From contig JACKCN010000001.1 in assembly GCA_020634015.1 (NCBI GenBank), positions 569,727 through 633,726 on the forward strand: a DNA stretch of 64,000 nucleotides, in the 5' to 3' direction. Made by a program: the position numbers and the translations under genes. The stretch comes from Candidatus Delongbacteria bacterium (GTDB lineage Bacteria > CAIWAD01). Shown here in pieces: positions 28,197-36,245 of this stretch. Below the pieces are notes generated by a model. That model was not told the DNA's origin, did no database searches, and saw only the letters and a list, made by a program, of their open reading frames with translations. Numbering within the stretch: position 1 is the first letter of the stretch; each line of letters starts with the position of its first letter.

Positions 28197-29376
28197 TGCA
28201 TCTCCCATTCCCGGACCGTCCGGGCCCGCTCAATATACGGCCTGTGCGGACCCGCGCGCGGGGCTTCCCTTTCAAAGGACCATCCGCTACTATTGTCCTC
28301 GCCCGAGGGATCCGCCCCGTCCGGGCAGGACTCCCCGAGACCCGGAGAACACACTGACCACTCCCGACACATCCAGCGTTCTGGACGCTCTGGCTCGCCC
28401 CCTGCAGGATCTGCGCATCTCGCTCACGGATCGCTGCAACTTCCGCTGCGTCTATTGCATGCCCAGCGAAGTATTCGGCAAGGACCATGCCTTCCTGCCC
28501 CGCAGCGAATTGCTCTCCTTCGAGGAAATCACGCGCCTGGTGCGACTTGTACGCCCGCTGGGAGTGCGCAAGGTGCGGTTGACCGGTGGCGAGCCCCTGC
28601 TGCGCCGGGACGTGCCCCTGCTGGTTGAAATGCTTGCCGCGCTGGACCTGGACGATCTGGCCATGACCAGCAACGGAGCCCTGCTGGCGCGCCACGCCAC
28701 GGCATTGGCCAGGGCAGGACTGAAGCGTGTCACGGTCAGCCTGGATTCAATGGACAACGCCGTTTTCCAGCGGATCAACGGCATCAGCTTCCCGGTGGAA
28801 CAGGTGCTCGAGGGCATTGATGCGGCCGCCGCCGCGGGCCTGGCGCCCATCAAGATCAACATGGTGGTGCAGCGCGGGCTGAACGAGGACCAGATCCTGC
28901 CCATGGCTCGCCACTTCCACGGCAGTGGACACAGCCTGCGCTTCATCGAATACATGGACGTGGGCGCCAGCAACGGCTGGAAGCTGGATCGTGTCCTGCC
29001 CGCGGCCAGGATCCTTGAGGTCCTGCGTCGCGAGTTCGAGCTGGAAGAGCTGGAACCGGGCTACCGGGGAGAAGTGGCCTCCCGTGTGCGCCATACCGAC
29101 GGCGGGGGCGAACTGGGCATCATTTCCAGCGTCAGCAAACCCTTCTGTCGGGACTGCACGCGCATGCGGCTCTCGGCCGAGGGCAAGGTGCACACCTGCC
29201 TCTTCGCCACCACAGGCACGGACCTGCGTCCGTTGCTGCGGGGGAGCGCGTCCGACGAGCAGCTGCAGCAAATGATCGCCGCGCTCTGGAACAAGCGGTC
29301 CGACCGCTATTCCGAATTGCGCGACGAAGACACCCCCAGGGACGGGCGGGTGGAAATGTCGTACATCGGAGGTTGA
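28186..29376 (+). CDS. moaA: GTP 3',8-cyclase (molybdenum cofactor biosynthesis, radical SAM). The true start is probably a downstream non-ATG codon.
   Basis: [18 protein letters not shown] radical-SAM CxxxCxxC motif and C-terminal MoaA Cys motifs ([18 protein letters not shown]). The ORF opens inside the divergent mnmA start region and has no in-frame ATG before the conserved core. Confidence 0.8.
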   Translation: MSRIASPIPGPSGPAQYTACADPRAGLPFQRTIRYYCPRPRDPPRPGRTPRDPENTLTTPDTSSVLDALARPLQDLRISLTDRCNFRCVYCMPSEVFGKDHAFLPRSELLSFEEITRLVRLVRPLGVRKVRLTGGEPLLRRDVPLLVEMLAALDLDDLAMTSNGALLARHATALARAGLKRVTVSLDSMDNAVFQRINGISFPVEQVLEGIDAAAAAGLAPIKINMVVQRGLNEDQILPMARHFHGSGHSLRFIEYMDVGASNGWKLDRVLPAARILEVLRREFELEELEPGYRGEVASRVRHTDGGGELGIISSVSKPFCRDCTRMRLSAEGKVHTCLFATTGTDLRPLLRGSASDEQLQQMIAALWNKRSDRYSELRDEDTPRDGRVEMSYIGG

Positions 29377-29488
29377 CCGCCGGTCCGGACCCAGCGCCTG
29401 CATTCCGCCACACACGAGCGCGTGTGCCTGCAGAACGCCCTGGGTCGACCGCCGCTGGAACCTTCTCAACACTTGCGGAGACTGTGTC

Positions 29489-30187
29489 ATGGACTTTCAG
29501 AACAAGCTGGCCGTGGTCACGGGTGGCGGAGGCTTCCTGGGCACTGCCGTGGTGCGTGACCTGCTGGAATCGGGTGCCCGGGTGGCGGTTCCCCTCTATC
29601 ACGAGGAAGAAGGCGACCGCCTGCGTGACGCTCTGGGGTCGCTTGAGCCCAACCTGCTCGCCACGGTCTGTGATCTGTCCAGCGAACAGGCCACCATGGC
29701 GTGGTTCGCCGGGCTGGGGCCGCGGTTGGACCTGCTGGCCTGCATTGCGGGTGGGTTTGCCTGGAGCCCCATCGAGGACAGCGATGCCAGCACCCTCGAG
29801 CGCATGTTGTCAATGAACCTGCATTCCGTGTACAACAGCGTGCGCGCCGCGCTGCCGCTCTTCGGCGCGGCCGGCGGGGGGCGCATCGTCACGGTGGGCG
29901 CACTGCCCGCCCTGAATGGTGGTGGCGCCAACATGAGCGCCTACGTCGCCAGCAAGGGCGCCCTGCTCAGCCTGACTCGCGCCCTGGCCGAGGAACTGCT
30001 GCCGCAGAGCATCACGGTAAACGCGATCGTGCCCACCATCATCGACACCCCGACCAACCGTGCCTCGATGCCCGATGCCGATACCGGCAAGTGGCTGGCT
30101 CCCGCGGACATCGCCCGGGTGATCCACTTTCTGGCGGGTCCCGATGCCCGGCTGGTCACGGGGTCCGCGCTCAGCCTGGCCCTGTGA
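29489..30187 (+). CDS. Short-chain dehydrogenase/reductase (SDR).
   Basis: TGGGGFLG Rossmann motif and a YxxxK-type catalytic region (YVASKGAL). Confidence 0.8.
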   Translation: MDFQNKLAVVTGGGGFLGTAVVRDLLESGARVAVPLYHEEEGDRLRDALGSLEPNLLATVCDLSSEQATMAWFAGLGPRLDLLACIAGGFAWSPIEDSDASTLERMLSMNLHSVYNSVRAALPLFGAAGGGRIVTVGALPALNGGGANMSAYVASKGALLSLTRALAEELLPQSITVNAIVPTIIDTPTNRASMPDADTGKWLAPADIARVIHFLAGPDARLVTGSALSLAL

Positions 30188-31086
30188 GCTCCGGCCTGCG
30201 CGGGTTTCTGCTGACCGCGGGAGCCTTCGTGATCTGGGGTCTGATGCCCCTCTACTGGCGCTTGCTGGCAGAGTTTCCGGCGAGCTACATTCTTTGCCAG
30301 CGTGTGATCTGGGCCGTGGTCAGCCTGGCTCTGCTGCTGATCCTGCGCTCCCCGCAGCGCCTGCCCGTGATTCTGGCGCACCTGCGCCATCCCGACCGGG
30401 GACTGCTGTTGCAGGCCCTGGCAGGCCTGTTGATCGGAACCAACTGGATGGTCTTCATCTGGGCCGTGACTCATGAACATGTGCTTCAGGCAAGCCTGGG
30501 CTATTTCGTGAATCCACTGGTCAATGTGGTGCTGGGCAGGCTGGTGCTGGGAGAACGTCTCAGCCGGGCCCAACAAGTGGCCGTGCTGCTCGCTTCGCTG
30601 GCCGTGGCCCTGATGGCCCTGCGGCTGGAACACCTGCCCTGGATCTCCCTGACCCTGGCGGGCACCTTCGGCAGTTACAGCCTGTTGAAGAAGCGCACAC
30701 CCTTCTCCTCGCTCGAAGGACTGCTGGTGGAAACCAGTCTGCTGCTGCCTCTGGCACTGGTCGGACTGTTGTTGTTGCCCGCGCCTTCGGCGGGCAGCCC
30801 GAGCCCCTGGATGCATGCGCTGCTGCTGACCACGGGGCTGGCGACCGTGACACCCCTGCTGCTGTTCGGCGCAGGCGTGAAACACCTGAAGCTGGGCACG
30901 GTGGGGCTGATCCAGTATCTGGCACCCAGTGGGCAGTTCCTGCTGGCGCTCTGGGTGTTTCATGAGCCCTTGCTGAAAACCCAGCTGATCGGGTTCATTC
31001 TGATCTGGACCGGCCTGGCGATCACGAGCGTCGACAGCGTGCGACAGATGGGCCGGAACCGGCGTTCCGCACTGGCCACCCCCTGA
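30184..31086 (+). CDS. rarD: EamA/RarD-family permease.
   Basis: GTG start overlaps the SDR stop (GTGA). Ten TM helices. N-terminus GFLLTAGAFVIWGLMPLYW is RarD-like. Confidence 0.7.
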   Translation: MSSGLRGFLLTAGAFVIWGLMPLYWRLLAEFPASYILCQRVIWAVVSLALLLILRSPQRLPVILAHLRHPDRGLLLQALAGLLIGTNWMVFIWAVTHEHVLQASLGYFVNPLVNVVLGRLVLGERLSRAQQVAVLLASLAVALMALRLEHLPWISLTLAGTFGSYSLLKKRTPFSSLEGLLVETSLLLPLALVGLLLLPAPSAGSPSPWMHALLLTTGLATVTPLLLFGAGVKHLKLGTVGLIQYLAPSGQFLLALWVFHEPLLKTQLIGFILIWTGLAITSVDSVRQMGRNRRSALATP

Positions 31087-31135
31087 GCGTGCCTGTGGGC
31101 ATGCTTGTTGAGCAACACAAACCGGAGACACGATC

Positions 31136-31444
31136 ATGGCCACGTATCACCAGGCAATGCGCAGTGCCGACTTGCTGGAGGGCAGCCCCCGGGCAGTCCA
31201 GCTTCTGGGAGTGGAGCTGTTGCTGGTACGCCTCGACGGCAAGGCCTACGCCCTGGAGAACAACTGCACCCACGATGACTTTCCCCTGCATGAGGGCGGC
31301 TGCGAGAACGGGGAGCTGGTCTGCCCTCTCCACGGCGCTCGCTTCGACATCCGGACCGGACAGGTGCTGAGCCCGCCGGCCTTCGACGACCTGCGCAGTT
31401 TTCCCGTCCGCGAACTGGATGGACAGGTGCAGGTGGAGCTCTGA
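31136..31444 (+). CDS. Rieske [2Fe-2S] domain ferredoxin (NirD-like small Rieske protein).
   Basis: CTHDD...CPLHGARF gives the CxH...CxxH Rieske ligands. 102 aa. Confidence 0.75.
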   Translation: MATYHQAMRSADLLEGSPRAVQLLGVELLLVRLDGKAYALENNCTHDDFPLHEGGCENGELVCPLHGARFDIRTGQVLSPPAFDDLRSFPVRELDGQVQVEL

Positions 31445-31565
31445 CCGGAACCGCGAGAAATCCTCCAGAATGGCTTGCTGCCGCGAAATCAAAGTGATAT
31501 CATTTTGATCGCGCTCGGGCAGAACGACATGGCTGCCCGCCCTGAGTCCATCACTGGAGGAATTC

Positions 31566-32435
31566 ATGGTCAAGGATATCGAGATCAAGGCACCAGCGGG
31601 CCTGACGCCGGCGCTGATACTGTGCGCACTGCTTTCGGCCGATCTGGTCCTGCTGCTCTGGGGTGCCAAATCCCACCTTCCCCCCGTGATCATCGGGGCG
31701 ATCCTGATGATTCTCGTGCTGAGTACTCTGCTGGGAGGCCTGTTCATGGTCAATCCCAACGAGTCCCGCGTGGTGCAGCTCTTCGGACGCTACATGGGCA
31801 CGGTCAACGAACCGGGCCTGCGCTGGGCCAATCCTTTCTACACCAAGACCAGCATCTCGCGCCGAGTGCGAAACTTCGAGACCTCGCGGGTCAAGGTGAA
31901 CGACCTGCGCGGCAACCCGGTGGACATCGCCTGCGTGGTCGTCTGGCAGGTGGTGGACTGTGCCGAAGCCACCTTCGAGGTCAATGATTACGTGGACTAC
32001 GTTCACGTGCAGAGCGAATCGGCCGTGCGCAACCTGGCCCGCGCCTATCCCTACGACAGCTATGGCGACGAGGGCATCTCGCTTTCCGGTGACACGGGAG
32101 AAGTGTCACACCGCCTGCAGGAGGAAATCCAGCAGCGTCTCGAGAAGGCGGGTGTCCGTGTGATCGAAGCCCGCCTGAGTCACCTGGCCTACGCCCAGGA
32201 AATCGCCGCTGCCATGCTCCAGCGCCAGCAGGCCAGTGCCGTGGTGGCCGCCCGCTCCCAGATCGTGGAAGGTGCGGTGGGCATGGTGGACATGGCCCTG
32301 GAAATGCTTTCGCGCAAGCAGATCGTCACGCTGGATGAGGAGCGCAAGGCTGCCATGGTCAGCAACCTGCTGGTCGTGCTCTGCAGCGATCGTCACACCC
32401 AGCCCGTGGTGAACACCGGCACGCTGTACAACTAG
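31566..32435 (+). CDS. SPFH/Band-7 domain membrane protein.
   Basis: N-terminal TM helices followed by a Band-7 core ([11 protein letters not shown]...[13 protein letters not shown]...[18 protein letters not shown]). Confidence 0.8.
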   Translation: MVKDIEIKAPAGLTPALILCALLSADLVLLLWGAKSHLPPVIIGAILMILVLSTLLGGLFMVNPNESRVVQLFGRYMGTVNEPGLRWANPFYTKTSISRRVRNFETSRVKVNDLRGNPVDIACVVVWQVVDCAEATFEVNDYVDYVHVQSESAVRNLARAYPYDSYGDEGISLSGDTGEVSHRLQEEIQQRLEKAGVRVIEARLSHLAYAQEIAAAMLQRQQASAVVAARSQIVEGAVGMVDMALEMLSRKQIVTLDEERKAAMVSNLLVVLCSDRHTQPVVNTGTLYN

Positions 32436-32448
32436 TGGGCACAAGGTC

Positions 32449-32649
32449 ATGGCCAGTCGCAAAGCCTTCCTGCTGCGTGTCAGCCCTTCCCTGCTGAAGG
32501 CCGTGCAGCGCTGGGCGGACGACGATCTTCGATCCTTGAACGGGCAGATCGAGTTCCTGCTGCGAGAACAACTGCGCCGCGCGGGACGCCCGATTCCCGC
32601 CGAGAACGATTCCGCTGATCCGGACCCCGATCAGGCCGACACGAATTGA
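32449..32649 (+). CDS. Small Arc/ribbon-helix-helix-like DNA-binding protein (putative).
   Basis: 66 aa, basic N-terminus (SRKAFLLRVSPSLLKAVQRWA). The ATG is 14 bp after the Band-7 stop. Confidence 0.4.
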   Translation: MASRKAFLLRVSPSLLKAVQRWADDDLRSLNGQIEFLLREQLRRAGRPIPAENDSADPDPDQADTN

Positions 32650-33152
32650 CACGAGGCCCCACGATGGACGTACGCATCCGCAACGCAGTCGAAGACGACG
32701 TCCCCGAACTGCTGGCGATGATCCGTGAACTGGCGGACTACGAGAAACTGTTGCCCGAGGTGGTGGCCAGCGAAGAACTGCTGCACCATGAGATCTTCGT
32801 CAAGCACCGTGCCGAAGCCCTGCTGGCTCTGGTGGACGACGAGGGTGGCACACGGGCCGTCGGCTTCGCTCTGTTCTTTCACAACTTTTCCACGTTCCTT
32901 GGCCGAGGCGGACTGTATCTCGAAGACCTGTATGTCAGGCCCGACTGGCGCGGCCGTGGTGTGGGACGCGCACTGCTGCGCCAGCTGGCGAGCACGGCAC
33001 TTTCCCGGGAGTGTGGGCGGATGGAATGGGCGGTACTCAACTGGAACACGCCGGCGATCGCGGTCTACCGGAAACTGGGTGCCCTTCCGCAGGACGAGTG
33101 GACGGTGTACCGGCTGGATCGGAAGGGTATCGAACAGCTGGCCGGGGCCTGA
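32646..33152 (+). CDS. GNAT-family N-acetyltransferase.
   Basis: The acetyl-CoA binding motif RGRGVGRALL is present. 168 aa. Confidence 0.8.
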   Translation: MTRGPTMDVRIRNAVEDDVPELLAMIRELADYEKLLPEVVASEELLHHEIFVKHRAEALLALVDDEGGTRAVGFALFFHNFSTFLGRGGLYLEDLYVRPDWRGRGVGRALLRQLASTALSRECGRMEWAVLNWNTPAIAVYRKLGALPQDEWTVYRLDRKGIEQLAGA

Positions 33153-33172
33153 GCACACAGGCACCAGAAACG

Positions 33173-33199
33173 AAAAAGCCCGCCAAAGCGGGCTTTTTT
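33173..33199. terminator. Bidirectional rho-independent terminator.
   Basis: AAAAAGCCCGC-CAAA-GCGGGCTTTTTT is a perfect GC stem flanked by A and T runs. It sits between the GNAT stop (+) and the 3' end of tRNA-Gln (-). Confidence 0.85.
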
Positions 33200-33200
33200 A

Positions 33201-33271
33201 CTGGGCTGCAGGGATTCGAACCCCGATAGCTGGAACCAGAATCCAGAGTCCTACCATTGGACGACAGCCCA
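33201..33271 (-). tRNA. tRNA-Gln, anticodon CUG.
   Basis: Reverse complement: TGGGCTG TC GTCC AATGGTA GGAC T CTGGA TTCTGGT TCCAG CTAT CGGGG TTCGAAT CCCTG CAGCCCA G. Seven-bp acceptor stem with U1-A72 as in bacterial tRNA-Gln. Anticodon loop TT-CTG-GT. TTCGAAT T-loop. Confidence 0.85.
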
Positions 33272-33353
33272 ATCGATCTCACAGCAAGCCGCCAAATATA
33301 GGGGCGAATGCTGAAATGTCAAGGGCCTCAAGGTCTCGGCGCGGTGAAGTCGC

Positions 33354-33665
33354 CTATTGTGCGTCCTTTTTCGCGTCGTCCACTTTCTTCGAAATCTCCT
33401 TGCCGGCATCCTCGAGCAATTCGCCACCGGTCTTGCCGGCCTGCTTGACCACCTTGCCCACGGTGCGGCTGACCTGCCCCAGTTCATCGGGCAGCTCGTG
33501 CCCCATCACCTTGAACCAGACCAGCACGGCTGCCAGCAACAGGAGCAGGAACAAGGCCACCTTGAACAGCTTCTTGAGCAGGGCGTACAGCACCAGCACA
33601 CAGAGGGCCAGTGCTCCCGCCGCAAGCAGCGGATTTCCGGAGAACGAGTCCAGAAGGTCTTGCAT
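33354..33665 (-). CDS. Small membrane protein, hypothetical.
   Basis: Internal start MQDLLDSFSGNPLLAAGALALCVLVLYALL. Two TM helices and a Lys-rich tail. Confidence 0.45.
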   Translation of the reverse strand: MQDLLDSFSGNPLLAAGALALCVLVLYALLKKLFKVALFLLLLLAAVLVWFKVMGHELPDELGQVSRTVGKVVKQAGKTGGELLEDAGKEISKKVDDAKKDAQ

Positions 33666-33831
33666 GACGATCCTTTCGCTAGATTGGCCCGCGCTCGTGG
33701 AGATCTGGGCTTGAAGATCCTTCGCCGGGCCGCTGTACGGCGTCGGGCAACTTAGGAATCCGTGACCGACGGTCCTTCCCGCCTTCCAACCGGCCTCCGG
33801 AGCACTGGAGCGCCAAGCCGCATTCCCGGAA

Positions 33832-35328
33832 TTGTTGTCCATGACTCACGACCGCTCCATCAGCCTGCGACCGTTGTTTCTGGTACTTCTGCTGGCCCTG
33901 GGCCTGCGGTTGGCCTTCTTCCAGGGATTTGCCTTTTCCGACGATGCCCACTACGCCTGGTTGGCCGCCCATCCCGGTGCCCAGTTCGGGGTGGACTACC
34001 CGGGCTATCCGGTCATGCCCCTGCGCGTGGGTCACCTGTTCCTTCTGGGACTGAGCCAGCACTGGTTCGGTCCCGGTGACTGGGGTCTGGCCTTCTTCCC
34101 GCTGATGTTCTCGCTGGCCATGATCGCCATTGCCTGGCGCCTGGGATGCCTGCTCGGCGGACACGGACACGTGGGCAATGCAGCGGCCCTGCTGCTGGCC
34201 CTGCTGCCGGTGGACATCGCCCTGAGCACGCTGGCCTTCGCCGATCTTTCCGCAGCCGCCATGCTGGGCCTGGGAGTCTGGTTGCTGCTGGAGGCTCGTC
34301 ACACGGCCCGGCACTGGCTGCGGGTACCGGGCGCACTGGTACTGGGACTCTCGCTGCTCTGGAAGGAAACCGTGCTCTGGCTGGTGCCGGTGATTCTGGC
34401 GATCCAGTTCGGCATCTGGTTGCGTGATTTCCGCCGCGGCACTCCCCTGCGACCGGATGCAACTCTGCTGGCCGCCGGACTGGGCATTCTGCTGGTGCTG
34501 GGCCTGGAGTCCCTGGTATACGCACTCCTTCACGGCGACCCGCTCTGGCGCTTTCACCAGATGGAACTGAACACGCGGCTCTGCCCCGACGACTTCTTCA
34601 AACTGGGCAGCGCCAAGGGGTACGCCACACCCGAGGAACGACCCGCCGCACTGGCACGCCTGCTGTTGTGGAGCAAGCCCAAGGCCCTGTTCCTGCGCCG
34701 CAATACGCTGTTCATTCTGGCTCTGGCTCTGGTGCAGCTACTGCGCAGACTTCGCCGACATGATCCGGGGCCGCAGGGACTGTGGTTCGGTGGATTGCTG
34801 CTGATGTTCCTCTTCGGCAGCACATCTCTGCAGCGCTACCAGCCACTGCCGCTGGACCTGCCATGGTACATCTACCCACTCTTCCTGCCGGCCGCCCTGC
34901 TGGCCGGTGAACTGCTGGCGGAACTGAGCTGGCGCCGGTTTCGCTGGCTGCTGGCACCCTTGCTGGCGCTCAGCCTCTGGATGTGTCTGGATTTCCGGAA
35001 CTACTTCGACCACTCCGGATTGCAGGAAGTGCGCGCTGCGCTGTCGGCGTCGCCCACAACTCCCGTGTACGGAGATCCCTTCAGCCTGCTCTCGCTGGAT
35101 CATCTGGATGGCCAGCCTTCCGTCAGCCGCGGCATTCCACTGGGCGACAGCGGTCCTGCCGGTCTGGATCTCCCCCCGCCAGGCGCTCTCCTCCTGCTGA
35201 ACCCCGGCAATCTGCACGAGCTGCGTGCCCAGGGGCATGACCCGGTTTCAGTGCCTGCTGGGTCCAATCCGGATTGGACTTTGCTCAGCTCTGGCGGGGG
35301 CTTCCTGCTGTTCCAGCGACTGCACTGA
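33832..35328 (+). CDS. GT39/GT83-like (PMT/ArnT family) membrane glycosyltransferase.
   Basis: 498 aa with about 11 TM helices. The N-terminal loop DDAHYAW resembles the DE/DD motif of PMT-type transferases. Confidence 0.7.
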   Translation: MLSMTHDRSISLRPLFLVLLLALGLRLAFFQGFAFSDDAHYAWLAAHPGAQFGVDYPGYPVMPLRVGHLFLLGLSQHWFGPGDWGLAFFPLMFSLAMIAIAWRLGCLLGGHGHVGNAAALLLALLPVDIALSTLAFADLSAAAMLGLGVWLLLEARHTARHWLRVPGALVLGLSLLWKETVLWLVPVILAIQFGIWLRDFRRGTPLRPDATLLAAGLGILLVLGLESLVYALLHGDPLWRFHQMELNTRLCPDDFFKLGSAKGYATPEERPAALARLLLWSKPKALFLRRNTLFILALALVQLLRRLRRHDPGPQGLWFGGLLLMFLFGSTSLQRYQPLPLDLPWYIYPLFLPAALLAGELLAELSWRRFRWLLAPLLALSLWMCLDFRNYFDHSGLQEVRAALSASPTTPVYGDPFSLLSLDHLDGQPSVSRGIPLGDSGPAGLDLPPPGALLLLNPGNLHELRAQGHDPVSVPAGSNPDWTLLSSGGGFLLFQRLH

Positions 35329-35339
35329 CTTCTTCATCC

Positions 35340-36245
35340 ATGGATGCTGGCCTTGCGGCAGGCATGACGCCAGCGGAGGGCTGGCAGGCATGACGCCAGC
35401 GGAGGGTGCTGGCCTTGCAGCAGGCGTGACGCCAGCCGTGGATGCTGGCCTTGCAGCAGGCGTGACGCCAGCCGTGGATGCTGGCCTTGCAGCAGGCGTG
35501 ACGCCAGCCGTGGATGCTGGCCTTGCAGCAGGCGTGACGCCAGCCGTGGATGCTGGCCTTGCAGCAGGCGTGACGCCAGCGGAGGATGCTGGCCTTGCAG
35601 CAGGCATGACGCCAGCGGAGGGTGCTGGCCTTGCAGCAGGCATGACGCCAGCGGAGGGTGCTGGCCTTGCAGCAGGCGTGACGCCAGCGGAGGATGCTGG
35701 CCTTGCAGCAGGCGTGACGCCAGCGGAGGGTGCTGGCCTTGCAGCAGGCATGACGCCAGCGGAAGGGGCTGGCATGGCAGCAGGTGTTATGCCAGCGGAG
35801 GGTGCTGGCCTGGCAGCAGGCTTGACGCCAGCCGTGGATGTTGGCCTTGCAGCAGGCATGAAACCAGCCGTGGATGTTGGCCTTGCAGCAGGCGTGGAGA
35901 CAGCGGTGGGTGCTGGCCTTGCAGCAGGCGTGACGCCAGTGGAGGGTGCGGGCGTGGCAGCAGGCATGACGCCAGCGGAGGGTGCTGGCCTTGCAGCTGG
36001 CATGACGCCAGCGGAGGGTGCTGGCCTGGCAGCAGGCGTGACGCCAGCCGTGGATGCTGGCCTTGCAGCAGGCATGACGCCAGCGGAGGATGCTGGCCTT
36101 GCAGCAGGCATGACGCCAGCGGAGGGTGCTGGCCTTGAAGCAGGCGTGACGCCAGCCGTGGATACTGGCCTTGCAGCAGGCATGAAGCCAGCGGAGGATG
36201 CTGGCCTGGCAGCAGGCGTGACGCCAGCGGCGAAGTTGGCCTGGT
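35340..36245. repeat. 36-bp tandem repeat array of about 25 copies. It is open in frame on both strands, giving AGVTPAVDAGLA on + and TPAARPASTAGV on -.
   Basis: Consensus unit is GCAGGCGTGACGCCAGCCGTGGATGCTGGCCTTGCA. Copies differ at a few positions (GTG/ATG, GCC/GCG, GTG/GAG, GAT/GGT). Track ORFs 35225-36253 (+) and 35248-36183 (-) are both products of this array. Neither has a signal peptide. Both show GC3 near 50%. Confidence 0.8.

Noticed and set aside
29701-30183. N-terminal 161 aa of the 461-aa ORF 29701-31086.
   Set aside because: This part is an out-of-frame overlap of the SDR gene. The real RarD-like gene begins at the GTG at 30184 overlapping the SDR stop.
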